DNA of 64,000 nt from contig OX597819.1 of the NCBI GenBank assembly GCA_951406725.2, forward strand, positions 15,314,001 to 15,378,000, read 5' to 3'. The stretch comes from Octopus vulgaris. Its lineage: Eukaryota. Below the pieces are notes generated by a model, which was given only the letters and a program-made list of their open reading frames with translations, was not told where the DNA came from and did not search any database. The translations under genes and the position numbers were made by a program. Positions 1-12,147 of the stretch are shown here, piece by piece; position 1 is the stretch's first letter, and the number at the start of each line of letters is the position of its first letter.

Positions 1-154
1 GTCCTCTTGAGGCTTATAGTTGCTGAGGTCGCTGACATTGACTATTATGACCTGGAGCTAAAAGAACAAAAGGAGTATATATATATATAAAACATTTAGT
101 ATCCCTGAAATCTTGTATGCTTGCTGAATAGTGAATAGTGAGCTTGCTTTTGCT

Positions 155-185
<31 letters not shown>

Positions 186-186
<1 letters not shown>

Positions 187-562
187 TCTTTTACTTGTTT
201 CAGTCATTTGACTGCGGCCATGCTGGAGCACCACCTTTAGTCGAGCAAATCGACCCTGGGACTTATTCTTTGTAAGCCCAGTACTTATTCTATTGGTCTC
301 TTTTGCCGAACCGCTACGTGATGGGGACGTAAGCACACCAGCATCGGTTGTCAAGCAATGCTAGAGGGACACACACATACATATATATATACATATATAC
401 GAAGGCTTCTTTCAGTTTCCATCTACCAAATCCACTCACAAGGCTTTGGTCGGCCCGAGGCTATAGCAGAAGACACTTGCCCAAGATGCCAAGCAGTGGG
501 ACTGAACCTGGAACCACGTGGTTGGTTAGCAAGCTACTTACCACACAGCCACTCCTGTGCCT
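186..562 (-). mobile_element. tRNA-derived SINE family A (internal TA/TG microsatellite; tail ...gactgaaacaagtaaaaga)
   Basis: A box tggctgtgtggt and B-box-like ggttcagtccc on the - strand; about 20 copies or fragments in the window. Confidence 0.88.
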
Positions 563-575
563 ATATATATATGTA

Positions 576-580
<5 letters not shown>

Positions 581-672
<92 letters not shown>
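581..672. repeat. Compound (TA)/(TG)/(CA)n microsatellite
   Basis: About 30 uninterrupted CA units at 610-671. Confidence 0.95.
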
Positions 673-674
<2 letters not shown>

Positions 675-2291
675 TTTTTTTGTAAATGCACAAAGGTAAA
701 AATATGAATAGATTTGATAATCTATATCATTTTCTATCAGCTTTGGTATTTTTTTTTTTTTTTTTAATCGGTTGCTGTGTAACTGAGGTTAGATTTGTTT
801 GAACAAACATATAGAGCACATAAATAGTCGGCTGAATGACTAGGTGTGACCCACTTGTATCATGCCTTCACCTAACTAATGACTGTACCGAATATTACTT
901 GCTCCCTTGGCCAATCATTTGAGGTGCAGTACGACAATTTAGACATGTGCTCTCATCACTTGTCATTTTTGTTTTCTTCTAGATTCTGCTAGTGGTTGAA
1001 GCAGGCAAGGTGAACTTGATCAGAGCACAACAGTTGCTGTTCTTCACATTGTTTATTCAAGGATTCTCATCATCATCATCATCCTTTAACAGCTGTTTTC
1101 TATGCTGGCATGGGTCGGGCAGTGTGACTGGAGCTGCGCCAGGTTCTAGTCTGATTTGGTGTGGTTTCTATAGCTAGATGTCCATAACACCAACCACTTC
1201 ACAGTGTGCTGCTGGGTGCTTTTAATGTGGTACCACATGAGCACCTTTATGTGGCCCCTACATGTGCTTTTTATGTGGCACCGACACAGGGCTCTTGCAA
1301 GCTAATCCTCCTCACCAAGGGGAGCAGCCTTAACACTTATGTTCTGAAGGACGGGTCTTCTTAAGGACCTTCTGCTGTGTAAGACTGGTCTTTTTTGGAA
1401 TAAGTTATCTCGAGTAAGCTCTGTTAGATATGCAGTGTTGAATAAGATATGAGAGTCGGTACTGCATGCTGACGAGTGAATGGTACGTGCAGTATTTGTT
1501 TTTGTTTAACTCCAGGTCAATCCTGATTCAGCAGACCCTGTTGATCAAAGGGGTCTCAGTCACACCATCAGCCATTTTTCCTCCGTGAAGTCTGACGCTT
1601 GAAAGGTGCTTTTTACGTGTCACCGGCACAGGTGCCAGTTATGTGACACTAGCATCAGCCACGACTGATATCACTTAACGGGTTTTTTCAAGCACAGCAT
1701 ATTTCCAAAGATCTCGGTTATTGGTCATCACCTCTGTGAGACTCAAAGTCCAAAGATCATGCTTCACCACCTCATCCCATGTCTTCCTGGACCTACCTCT
1801 ATCACAGGTTCCCTCCTTAGAGATCAGCACTTCTTTGCACAACTTCTCTATGAGAAATCATACACAAATATAAACTAGAAGTTAGGTAGGGCTAGGCTAA
1901 ATTTGAAATAGATTTAATTATTTAAATCAAAATTAAATTTTACTTAGTTTCCTTGGTGTGTCTGGATTTGTGTGGAGGTGGGGGTGGGAGGACGAGTTGG
2001 TGAAATCAAATCGAAAGTTTTTCTTAAGTATGTCATGTCATTATTTAATTATTTAGCATTCCTATTCTACTAGTCAGGGAGTGAATATATGTAAGTTGTA
2101 ATATTTCATTGGTTTTAATCATTGACCTATTTTGTGTGTGTGTATCTATCGTTATTCCACCGAGATAGACTTTGCCTTTCATCCTTGATAAACTAAGCAC
2201 CAATTACATACTGGGGTCGATCTAATTGACTGGCCCCCTACCCCCAAATTTCAGGCCTTGAGCCTAGAGAGGATATATATATATATATATA

Positions 2292-2603
2292 TAGGCGCAG
2301 GAGTGGCTGTGTGGTAAGTAGCCTGCTTACCAACCACACGGTTCCGGGTTCAGTCCCACTGCGTGGCAATTTGGGGAAGTGTCTTCTACTATTGCCTCGG
2401 GCCGACCAAAGCCTTGTGAGTGGATTTGGTAGACGGAAACTGAAAAGAAGCCTGTCGTATATATATATATATATATATATGTTTGTGTGTGTCTGTGTTT
2501 GTCCCCCCAACACTAGGCTTACAAAGAATAAGACCTGGGGTCGATTTTCTCAGCTAAAAGGCGGTGCTCCAGCATGGCCGCAGTCAAATGACTGAAACAA
2601 GTA

Positions 2604-2610
<7 letters not shown>
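2292..2610 (+). mobile_element. SINE family A with internal deletion
   Basis: Same head and tail as the other copies. Confidence 0.85.
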
Positions 2611-2644
<34 letters not shown>

Positions 2645-3199
2645 CACACAAAAACACAAACATGCATACATATATAAACCATTTTTTCTTTTTTTGGTAA
2701 GCATTAACAATGCTGAAAGACATATACACAAAAAAAAATATCTTAACTAATATCTATACTTTTAATAACAGGAATTTTCTTTTATAACGGGGGTGGGTTT
2801 CTGCATATGTCGCATTCATGTCATACACTAATACAGAGTGATAGTAATATACGATGCTATGAAAATGGGGTAGACACCAACTGTCTCCACTTGGTGTATT
2901 CCCAAATACTATGCCAACAACTGTAACCAATCCAAAACAACTTGCAACAAACTATAACAACTTTTCAGTTTCCTGCGACTCCATGAACTCATGAACAACA
3001 ACTTTCGACTGCCTGCGATTTCTCATCTGTCCCTCTGTCAAACACGCTGCTACTTCTATGAGTCCGGCTAGTCCATTTTTACAGGGGGTGCCATGATTCT
3101 CGTCATAGCATTTTCTCAAATAATTTACTTTGGTTTTGATATAATTTTAGTGATTTGAAAATAAAAGTGGGTGCAATTTAACATTGGCAAGCCAAGTGA

Positions 3200-3770
3200 G
3201 ATTGTAGCTGCTTGAGAAGACTCGGCAAACCAAATGAGATCGTAGCATGGCTGATTCCAGTGTTGCATGACTGGGCCATTTAAAAGTACCCTTCAGTCGT
3301 TGGGCAATATACTGTATTTGAGAAGACCTGTTGAGTCAAGTGAAATTGTTGTCGTGGTCGATGCCAGTGCCACTTGACTGGCTTCCATGCCAGTGGCGCA
3401 TAAAAAGTACCTTTCGAGTGTGGTCGATGCCAGTGCTGCCTGACTGGCTCCCATGCTGGTGACACATAAAAAGCATCATTTGAACATGGTCGATGCCAGT
3501 GCCGCCTGACTGGCACCTGTGACAGTGACACATAAAAAGCACCATTTGAACATGGTCGATGCCAGTGCCACCTGACTGGCGCCCGTGCCGGTAGTACATA
3601 AAAAGCACCCACCACACTCTCAGAGCGGTTAGTGTTAGGAAGGGCATCCAGCTGTAGAATCCTTGCCAGATCAGATTGGAGCCTGGTGCAGCCTTCTGGG
3701 TCACCAGTCCTCAGTCAAACCATCCATCCCATTCCAGCATGGACAACAGACATTAAATGATGGTGATGAT
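3200..3770 (+). mobile_element. RTE 3'-UTR fragment with several ~60-bp internal repeats
   Basis: Repeated 'tggtcgatgccagtgc..cctgactggc..aaaaagcacc' followed by the family tail. Confidence 0.8.
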
Positions 3771-4164
3771 AAACCAGTGTGTGTGTGTGTGTGTGAAGGC
3801 ATGTGTCCAAGTGGTTAGGGTATTCGGATCACAAGTGTATGGTTGCGAGTTTGATCCTGGCAGTGCAATGCGTCTTTGAGCAAGACACTTTATTTCATTT
3901 TGTTCTGGTCCACTTACCTGGAAAAAATGAGTTGTACCTGTATTTTAAATGGCCAGCCTTGTCACACTCTGTGTCATGCTAAATCTCCCTGGAAACTATG
4001 TTAAGAGTACACATGCCTGTGGAGCGCTCAGCCACTTGCACATTGACTACACAAGCAGCCTGTTCCATTGATTGGATTGACTGTTACACTTGTCATTGTA
4101 ACCAACAGTATGAGAGTTTTATTTATATATCTATATGTCTATATATATATATATATATATATAT

Positions 4165-4450
4165 GGTTGTCAGATAAATTTTTTTGTTTTTTGCTTTTAT
4201 TATTAATCCTTATATTTCATCACCAATTTCAAAAAAAAAAAAATCAATCCTTTTTCATTGTTCATGACTTGTTGCCAGCATTCTGCTTGCTTGTTAATGC
4301 CTTGATGGTAGAAAGCTTCAGGTCTTGACTCAGAGTTTGAGTCATGTTTTCGGCTCCACATCATTGCTGAATAAAGTGCCTCACAGATTGTAGGAAAGCA
4401 ACTAAAAAAAAAAAAAAAAACAGGTAATAATCTGAAGGTGATATGCCAGA
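4165..4450 (-). mobile_element. mariner transposase C-terminal relic
   Basis: SPSDYYLF-like segment and SRPEAFYHQGINKQAECWQQVMNN resemble the mariner C-terminus. Confidence 0.6.
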
Positions 4451-4512
4451 AGACAACAATCGGTGCAGTAGAACTTACCAACTCTCGAATACCATTATTT
4501 ACATGTGCCCAC

Positions 4513-4786
4513 GGGCATGTGGTGTAGTGGTTAAGAACGCAGGCTACTAACCCCAAGATTCCGAGTTCGATTCCAGCCAGTGACCTGAATAATAATAATA
4601 ATAATAATATTGAAAAATACCTTAGGAATGAGAATCCAAGTTTGAAATTTTCCCAAGACACCTGATGAAGGCTGGAGGGTATATATCAGCGGAAATGTTG
4701 TGTTAACAACAAACAAAATGAGGACAAATATCCGTCAAATGTAAATAATGTATACATAATTGCTCACCTCTTAAATATAGAACTGG
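4513..4786 (+). mobile_element. tRNA-headed short element with (AAT)n spacer and hammerhead motif (family H)
   Basis: A box tggtgtagtgg, B box gagttcgattcc, (AAT)n, then gacac-CTGATGA-aggctg...cagc-gGAAAtGTT-gtgtt at 4657-4704. Confidence 0.8.
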
Positions 4787-5943
4787 ATCTTGAATACCAT
4801 TTATGGAGAAATTAGTGATGTGGGGCAAGTGTTGTTGTGTTGAAGAAGCATGCTGTGTTACTGATGTGGTTTTTGGCGGGGAACTCACTCATCGAATGAA
4901 CATCTTGTCTGCAGGGCCAATTCCCTAGTGGATTAGTATAAATCCTCTTGGATGAGTTCCTTCAATCAATCCTCATGGAACTGTGTACATTGACCTGTAA
5001 AGAAGTGTCTGTGAACTTGAATTCCTTCTATTTGAAGTGTAAAAACCATTTTTGTGCTGTTCTTTATGTAACAGTGTCTTCTCCATACACAACACAAATG
5101 TCTTGAGCAGCTTTGGTAGTTTTGGAGCCTTGAATGAAAGTGAAGAGAAACAGTTTTTGAAAATGCTAATTTTTTTTTATTGCTTGTCTCTCCATTATCA
5201 TATTTTTGAGAATCGATAAAAAATTTATTAAAATTTCAAAAATGACATGCAAAGCAAAAATTGTAGAGGAAGAATAAAGCTACAAAAAAATCTTCATAAA
5301 ATATAAAAAAGGTAATTAGGTTACTATTTTTAGCAAGTTGTGTGACTATGTAGAAACTCCTTCATTTGTTGCTTTGATAAACTTGTGATTAAAATATTTT
5401 CTTCATATCTTTTATCTTACGGATCTGCTGAATTTTTAACATTCTTCCTAGTGTTATCTTTTTATTGAAGCCTTATTAGAACAAATGTAATGATTATTCT
5501 GAGAGAAGTCCTGCTGCTTTTGTCTCTGCCCACTACACTAATTGGGTTTTGGTGTATCCCAGTCAGTTGGTGACCCCTTGAATCTGTATACATTATAACA
5601 TTTGTATCTATTTCTGTAGTTAGGTATTTTTTTATCTTTTACTTGTTTCAGTCATTAAACTGCGACCATACTGGTGCAGTGCCTTGAAGGATTTTTAGTC
5701 AGATGAATCAACCCTGGCATTTTTTAAAAATCCTGTTAGTTATTCTATCAGTCTCTTGTTGAACTGCTAAGTTATAGGGATGTAATCATACCAACACTGG
5801 TTGTCAAGCAGTGGTGGGGGAAACACAGACACAAAGACACACACATAGATATATGACAGGCTTCTTGCAGTTTCCATCTACCAAATTTGCTCACAAGGGA
5901 ATAGTTGGTCTGGGACTGAACCTGGAACAATGTGGTTGGAAAG

Positions 5944-5974
<31 letters not shown>

Positions 5975-5975
<1 letters not shown>

Positions 5976-6362
5976 TAATAGTATCGCCCGGCGTTGCTCG
6001 GGTTTGTAAGGGAAATAACTATATAAGCATTTTTTGAGATGTAAAGTATAATAGCCATCTCAATATGGTTAACCACAAAGGGGGGGTGTTACTGTAGCTT
6101 TTCACGTTCTGAGATTTAATAAATTTTTAGAGAGTTACTTCCCTTATATATGCCAAAAATACTTTAAAAAATGGGAAAAATTGATGGTAAATTTTTTTTT
6201 AAATCGTAGGCTCATCGTAGATGCGTGCTAATACCCAGAATTGCTCGATATGAATCACGACTATAAGATACCCGGTTTTGGTCAAACTGCACCGCAAAAT
6301 GTGGGAGTAGTTAGGAATCTAAATCGTAGGAGACAGACACACAATCTCACTTTTATATATAA

Positions 6363-6365
<3 letters not shown>
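5975..6365 (-). mobile_element. Non-autonomous Helitron inserted in (TA)n
   Basis: On the - strand: 5'-TC start, subterminal hairpin cccgagcaacgccggg, 3' TTAG (CTAG variant), A|T target. Confidence 0.82.
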
Positions 6366-6416
<51 letters not shown>

Positions 6417-6563
6417 TTGGCATATTTGTAGACAACTCACTTGCTTAGTATAAATATCAAAAATAGAATCCATTCCTTTCAGTCTGTGGTTTTGATCCTT
6501 AGACCCCCACCCCCCATTCTGTGCCACTTCATTCAATAGGTGATTAAATGACTGTATAAAGTA

Positions 6564-7040
6564 CTAGCAGTATCGCCTGGCGTTGCTCGGGTTTGTAAGG
6601 GAAATAACTATATAAGCATTTTTAGAGAATTATAGCCAAAAAATGCATTCAAAATGAGAAAATTAGGTAAATTTTTTTTTTTTAATCGTTGACTCATCGT
6701 AGACATGTTACTTCCTTATATAATAGCGAAAAATGCATTAAAATGGAAAAAAAAATTATGGTAAATTTTTTTTTAAATCGTTGACTCATCGTAGACATTT
6801 TTAGAGAGTTACTTCCCTTATATAATAGCGAAAAAATGCATTAAAATGGGAAAATAATGATGTTAAATTTTTTTTTAAATTGTAGACTCATCGTAGATGC
6901 GCGCTAATACCCAGAAGGGCTCGATATGAATCACGACTATTAGATACCCGATTTTGGTTAAACTGCACCGCAAAATGTGGGAGTAGTTAGGAATCTAAAT
7001 CGTAGGAGACAGACACACAACCTTACTTTTATATATAAAG
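6564..7040 (-). mobile_element. Non-autonomous Helitron, same family, with ~95-bp internal repeats
   Basis: CTAG end, hairpin and shared body. Confidence 0.82.
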
Positions 7041-7178
7041 TATTATTTCTTATTTCTGGTGATTTGCTGTGCTTGAGAAGACTCCTCCATCTCAGCAAAA
7101 ACGAGATCCTGTCAAGCCTTCTCCCACAACTTATCTTCTAGCACCAGTCTTCTATGGTGCTACTCAGGTGCTGTAAAT

Positions 7179-7550
7179 CAGTGCTTCTCAACAGGTATGC
7201 CGCAGCACACTGCTGTGCCACGACATGATGCTGGGAGTGCCACAGTGTAACCTGAATATAATTTTTCCCATGCCAGTGGTATGTAAAAAGCACCTACTAC
7301 ACTATCGGAGTGGTTGGTATTAGGAAGGGCATCTAGCTGTAGAAACCTTGCCAAATCAGATTGGAGCCCGGTGCAGCCTCTCAGCTTACCGGTCCTCAGT
7401 CAAACTGTCCAGCCCATATCAGCATGTGAAGTGGATGTTAAATGACTGTGATGATGATGACTTTTAGTTATATTTTTAGTTCAGGTGTACCACTGAATTT
7501 TTGAAGTGAATATAAGTGTACTACAAGTGAAAACAGGTTGTGGAGCACTG
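7179..7550. mobile_element. hAT (Charlie-like) MITE with nested RTE 3' end
   Basis: TIR cagtgcttctcaac / gttgtggagcactg; 8-bp TSD ctgtaaat / atgtaaat. Confidence 0.72.
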
Positions 7551-7818
7551 ATGTAAATAATACCACTTATCCCCTTACACTTCACATTGTATCCCCCCCT
7601 GCTGTCCCTTACCTCTTCTTTCTACTCCTTGACCCATTCTTATTGCTTTCCTTTCACTTACCTTCCTCCAAACTGACATTCGCTTCATCCACCTCATTCC
7701 TCATCTCTATTCATCTGTTACACTATTTTCACTCTAGCATACACACACACCTACTCTCTCCCTTTCTCTATCCCTATTCTTTCTTTTATATTCATCTTGT
7801 ATTTTGACCTTGCACCTC

Positions 7819-7862
<44 letters not shown>

Positions 7863-7953
7863 CCCCCCCCCTTTCCAGATAGGGAAGTCATGTATTCACC
7901 TCTTCAGCAAGACTCTTGCTCTTCTCCCTCTATCATAGTATTAATATCCCTCA

Positions 7954-8352
7954 GTGGAGGCGCAATGGCCCAGTGGTTAGGGCAGTGGACTCGCTGTCAT
8001 AGGATCACGGTTTCGATTCCCAGACCAGACGTTGCGAGTGTTAATGAGCGAAAACACCTAAAGCTCCACGAGGCTCCGGCAGGGGTGATCCCTGCTGGTG
8101 GTGATCCCTGCTGTACTCTTTCACCACAACTATCTCTCACTCTTACTTCCTCTTTCTGTTGTACCTGTATTTCAAAGGGCCGGCCTTGTCACTCTCTGTG
8201 TCACGCTGAATATCCCTGAGAACTATGTTAAGGGTACATGTGTCTGTGGAGTGCTCAGCCACTTACACGTTAATTTCACGAGCAGGCTGTTCCGTTGATT
8301 CGGATCAACCGGAACCCTCGTCATCGTAACCAACGGAGTGCTTCAAAAAAAA
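7954..8352 (+). mobile_element. tRNA-derived SINE family B with TSD aatatccctcagt
   Basis: A box tggcccagtggt, B box ggtttcgattccc; 13-bp direct repeat on the flanks. Confidence 0.9.
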
Positions 8353-9661
8353 ATATCCCTCAGTTGAGGAGTCTTGTCTTGTGAGCACTTGGTGATCTCA
8401 CAAGTGATACTGCTACAACAAAAGCACCCTGTACACTCTGTGAAGTGGTTGGTATTAGAAATGACATCCAGCTACAGAAACCATGCCGATGTGGACCTTG
8501 AAGCTTGGTACAAGCCTCTAGCTTGTCAGTTTATATTAGACTGTCCACCCCATGCTGTCATCGAAAAAGGGACGTTAAATGCTTATGATCATCATGTACA
8601 GTGTATTATTTATTTACTTATTTCTCTGCTTTGGACCGTGTCAAATGTATGAAATATAGCAAACACACAATATATGCCGCAACACTAAGATGTTGGTTTA
8701 CTTTTTGAAAAGCAACCTTTCCCTTGGCCTGTTCTTTGGGAGTCACATTTGATAAGTTACTTACGTAGATCTATCCATTGCAAATTTTTCTGGGTGCCTT
8801 TCCATTTTCCATTTCAGATCAGCTGCAAGCAAATTCAATTCTATAAATGTTTCTCTCAGCCTAGCAGAGCGAGTGAGCTTGCTAGTATCTATCCATATTT
8901 AATATTCTGTTTTCCTAGGTCAACAAAAACTATGCCGCCTTATACATTCACTTAGTGACTCATTCATCACAACTTTGGGAAATAAAGTAAAAACTATTCT
9001 TTGCTGATGAAGTCCAGATAAGACTGGTATATTTAAAATGACTTGTATGAAATGGGAAGATGAAAATATTAGTCATCATATTTATGTCTTTTTTTCCATG
9101 GCTTGTATGGGTTAGATGACTCCAAAGGAAGATTGCCAGTAACAAGAGTGTTCATGTTTAGGTTCTGTAATCACACAAACTTTCTGAATTTATATCATTT
9201 CACTGTCAGGTAGTCACGCACACTGATGGAATTAAGTTTCAGAATTAGGGGAACACTTAAGTCCTGATGAGGCTGAGATTAGGGTGGCTTAGACCCTTCC
9301 CTAACTCCACCCCATTTCCATGCGGATCATAACTTCTTGCTGGAATATAACCAGAGCATTAAAAACCTATTAATTCCTGTAGTTTTTTCACTACAGGTTG
9401 GTTCTAAATTGATCAGACGTAGAATCAAAGACATTTCAGTCATGACCATCCCATTATTTTTATCTTTCAGATGTATTATGGACTATAATAGTGTCTTTTT
9501 TTTTTTTTAATTGTGATTCAAGAGATAGTTGACTGCTATTTCTAGCATTTGAGAGGTCACATACCATCTCCTAACTGTGTCATATTGTTTGTAGTTTTTT
9601 TTCTTTCTTTTGTTTTGGTCATTTGAATTTTTTTTAAATCTTGTTTTGTTGGTCGTTTCAG

Positions 9662-9855
9662 ATGGTGATACAATTCAGTGATAAATGTGCAGACTGTGAA
9701 CATGTCTGTGGTGTGAAGCAGCGTGAATTGGAACCTTTTATCCAAAAGTTCAACATTTTGACTAATGAAGAAAAGCGGGTTGCAATGATGGTAACGAGTA
9801 AAGGAATACTCCATCTATTATCACAAACAGTTCCTTGTGTCGGATGTCGACGAAG
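9662..9855 (+). CDS. GGNBP2: GGNBP2-like coding exon 1 in window (MVIQFSDK...VPCVGCRR)
   Basis: Acceptor tttcag, donor AG|gtaagt; 194 nt. The peptide matches human GGNBP2 'MVMEF...LSQLVPCVGCRRS' as I recall it. Confidence 0.93.
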
Positions 9856-9988
9856 GTAAGTGTCAGGTTTTGCTTTTAAAAAAGACAAGGATATAATTCC
9901 AATGATAAATATTTGTAATGCCAACATCTTCCAGTCTTTACCAAAGAGAGAAACCTTATACAATATATTGTATCAGTCTTTAGATTAT

Positions 9989-12147
9989 CATCATCATCGT
10001 TTAATGTCCGCTTTCCATGTTGGACTGTTTGACCGAGGACTGGCAAGCCAGGAGGCTGCACCAGGCTACAATCTGATCTGGCAAGGTTTCTACAGCTGGA
10101 TGCTCTTCCTAATGCCAACCACCCCGAGAGTGTAGTGGGTGCTTTCTATGTGCCGCCAGCATGGGAGCCAGTCTGGTGGCACTAGCATTGACCACACCCA
10201 TATGGTGCTTATTACGTGCCACCGGCATGGGAGCCAGTCTGGTGGCACTAGCATCGACCATGCTCATATGGTGCTATTTATGTGCCACCGGCATAGGAGC
10301 CAGTCCAGTAGACTTGCATCGGCCAAGACAGTGATTTCACCTGACTCAACAGGTCTTCTCATGTACAGATTATTGCTCAATGATTGAAGGGTACTATTAA
10401 ATGGGCCAGTTATGCAACACTGGCATAGGCCATGGCTACGGTCTCACTTGGCTTGCCGGGTCTTCTCGAGCACAGCATATCGCCAAAGGTCTTGGTCACT
10501 TGTCATTGCCTCTGTGAGGCCCAGCGTTCAAAGGTCATGCTTCACCACCTCATTCCAGGTCGTCCTGGGCCTACCTCTTCCACAGGTTCCCTCCACTATT
10601 AGGGTGTGACACTTTTTCATACAGCTGTCCTCATCCATATGTAACACATAACCATACCAGCGCAGTCGTCTTGCACACCACATCTGATGCCTCTCATGTC
10701 CAACTTTTCTCTCAGGGCACTTGCACTCTGTCATGTATACACACTGACGTTACACATCCAGTGGAGCATACTGGCTTCATTTCTTGCAAGTTTATGCATG
10801 TCCTCAGCAGTCACAGTCCATGTTTCACTGCCTGTAGCATTGTTGTTTGCACATGGGTCATACAGTCTATCTTTCACTCTGAATGAGAAGACCTTTGTCA
10901 CCAGCAGAGGTGGGAGCTCTCTGAACTTTGCCCAGGCTATTTTTATTCTAGCATCCACCCCAGCTACTGACTTGATCACCTAGGTAACAGAAGCTATCAT
11001 CTACTCCAGTTTTTTCCCCTGGCTTATGATGGAAGCTGTTTTCTGAACATTTTCAGTGTTTATTGCCCTTGTGCATTAGCCACACACAAAATCTATTTTC
11101 TCAGTTAGCCTTCCTTTGATATTGATGCACCTCTTATGTGTCCATAGCTTACACTGCCTACATCTGATGGAGTTTCTACCTTCGCCATTTCTACAAATCG
11201 AGCAAGGCCATCTACCTGAAGGGATTTGTGATTTGTCTGCCTTTCTACTTACTAATACTTTGGTTTTTGCTAGATTGACTCTAAGGCCCTTCGATTCTAG
11301 ACCTTGCTTCCACACCTGAAACTTCTCTAGTTCTGATAGTGATTCAGCTATTAGAGCAAGGTCATCAGCATAGAGGAGCTCCCAGGGGCATCCTGTCTTG
11401 AATTGCTCTCTTATTGCCTGGAGGGCTATGATGAATAAAATGGGGCTGAAAACTGAGCCTTGGTGGACCCCTATCTGGAATGCTTTACTATATTTGTTGC
11501 CAACCTTCACCTTACTGACAGCATCCCTGTACATGAGTTGTACAGCTCTCACTAACCACTCATCTATCCCTAGTTTCTGCATTAACCACCAGGTATGGGA
11601 TCGGGGGACCTTGTCAAAAGCTTTCTCCATGTCAATGAAATCCAAGTACAGAGGTTTATCTTTGGCTAGGTATTTCTCCTGCAGCTGTCTTATCAGAAAA
11701 ATAACATCAGTGGTGCTTCTTCCAAACCCAAACTGCATCTTGTCTAAACTCTCTCCCTAATTAGTTGGGCTATGACCCTCTCCATGACTTTCATTACCTA
11801 ATCCAACAACTTGATACCTCTGTAATTATTTGTGTCTAATGCATCACCTTTACCTTTGTAGCAGCTGACTATGGTACTGCTACACCAGTCATTGGGTGTG
11901 ATTCCTTCATGTATCACCTGATTGACTATATTGGTGACTAGACTATAGCCTACACTGCCAGATATTTTGAGCATTTCTTCGGTGATTCCTGATGGGCCAG
12001 AGGCTTTCCCTGTCTTCATACCCCTTATTATTTTATCTACCATGGTACTGTCAATTTGGATAGCTGGTCCCTCTCTTGAGTCAACATTTAACAGACTCTC
12101 TTTCTCCCATTCATTCCCCTCATTTAGCAAACATTCATAGTAGTGTC
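9989..12147 (-). mobile_element. 5'-truncated RTE-clade LINE (decayed RT, 3' UTR with ~60-bp repeats, (GAT)n tail)
   Basis: Frameshifted ORF pieces carry NYRGIKLL, QFGF..RSTTD, FIDMEKAFDKVPR, GVHQGSVFSPILF, LLYADDL and RRLRWYG...GRGRPRTTW. Possible degenerate TSD tcagtc..agattat on both sides. Confidence 0.92.
10528..12130 (-). pseudogene. Disrupted LINE ORF2: reverse transcriptase plus PHD-like Cys/His finger
   Basis: ORF-track pieces 11798-12130, 11076-11738, 10731-10979 and 10528-10734 are consecutive parts of one RTE ORF, broken by stops and frameshifts. Confidence 0.9.

Noticed and set aside
58-707. Recurrent short ORFs such as MSSNARGT..., MLGGQTQ... and FLQLDALPNANH...
   Set aside because: They are translations of SINE and RTE-UTR repeats and of microsatellites, recurring wherever the repeat occurs.
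961-1177. Possible extra exon after ttttcttctag at 982
   Set aside because: No GGNBP2 similarity, no convincing donor, and it runs into an RTE tail.
2855-3111. Possible MITE with tgctatga...tcatagca ends
   Set aside because: The inverted match is only about 9 bp, with a single copy in the window and no clear TSD.
7954-8030. Apparent tRNA genes at SINE heads (also 4513, 23134, 50437)
   Set aside because: They retain A/B boxes but lack a clean cloverleaf and continue into repeat bodies, so they are SINE heads rather than functional tRNAs.
9004-9030. CTGATGA-AGTC...GACT hammerhead candidate
   Set aside because: The stem is followed by GGTA rather than GAAA, and there is no stem I partner.
9261-9300. 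CTGATGA followed by a possible stem (hammerhead candidate)
   Set aside because: No GAAA or NUH/stem I after the stem.
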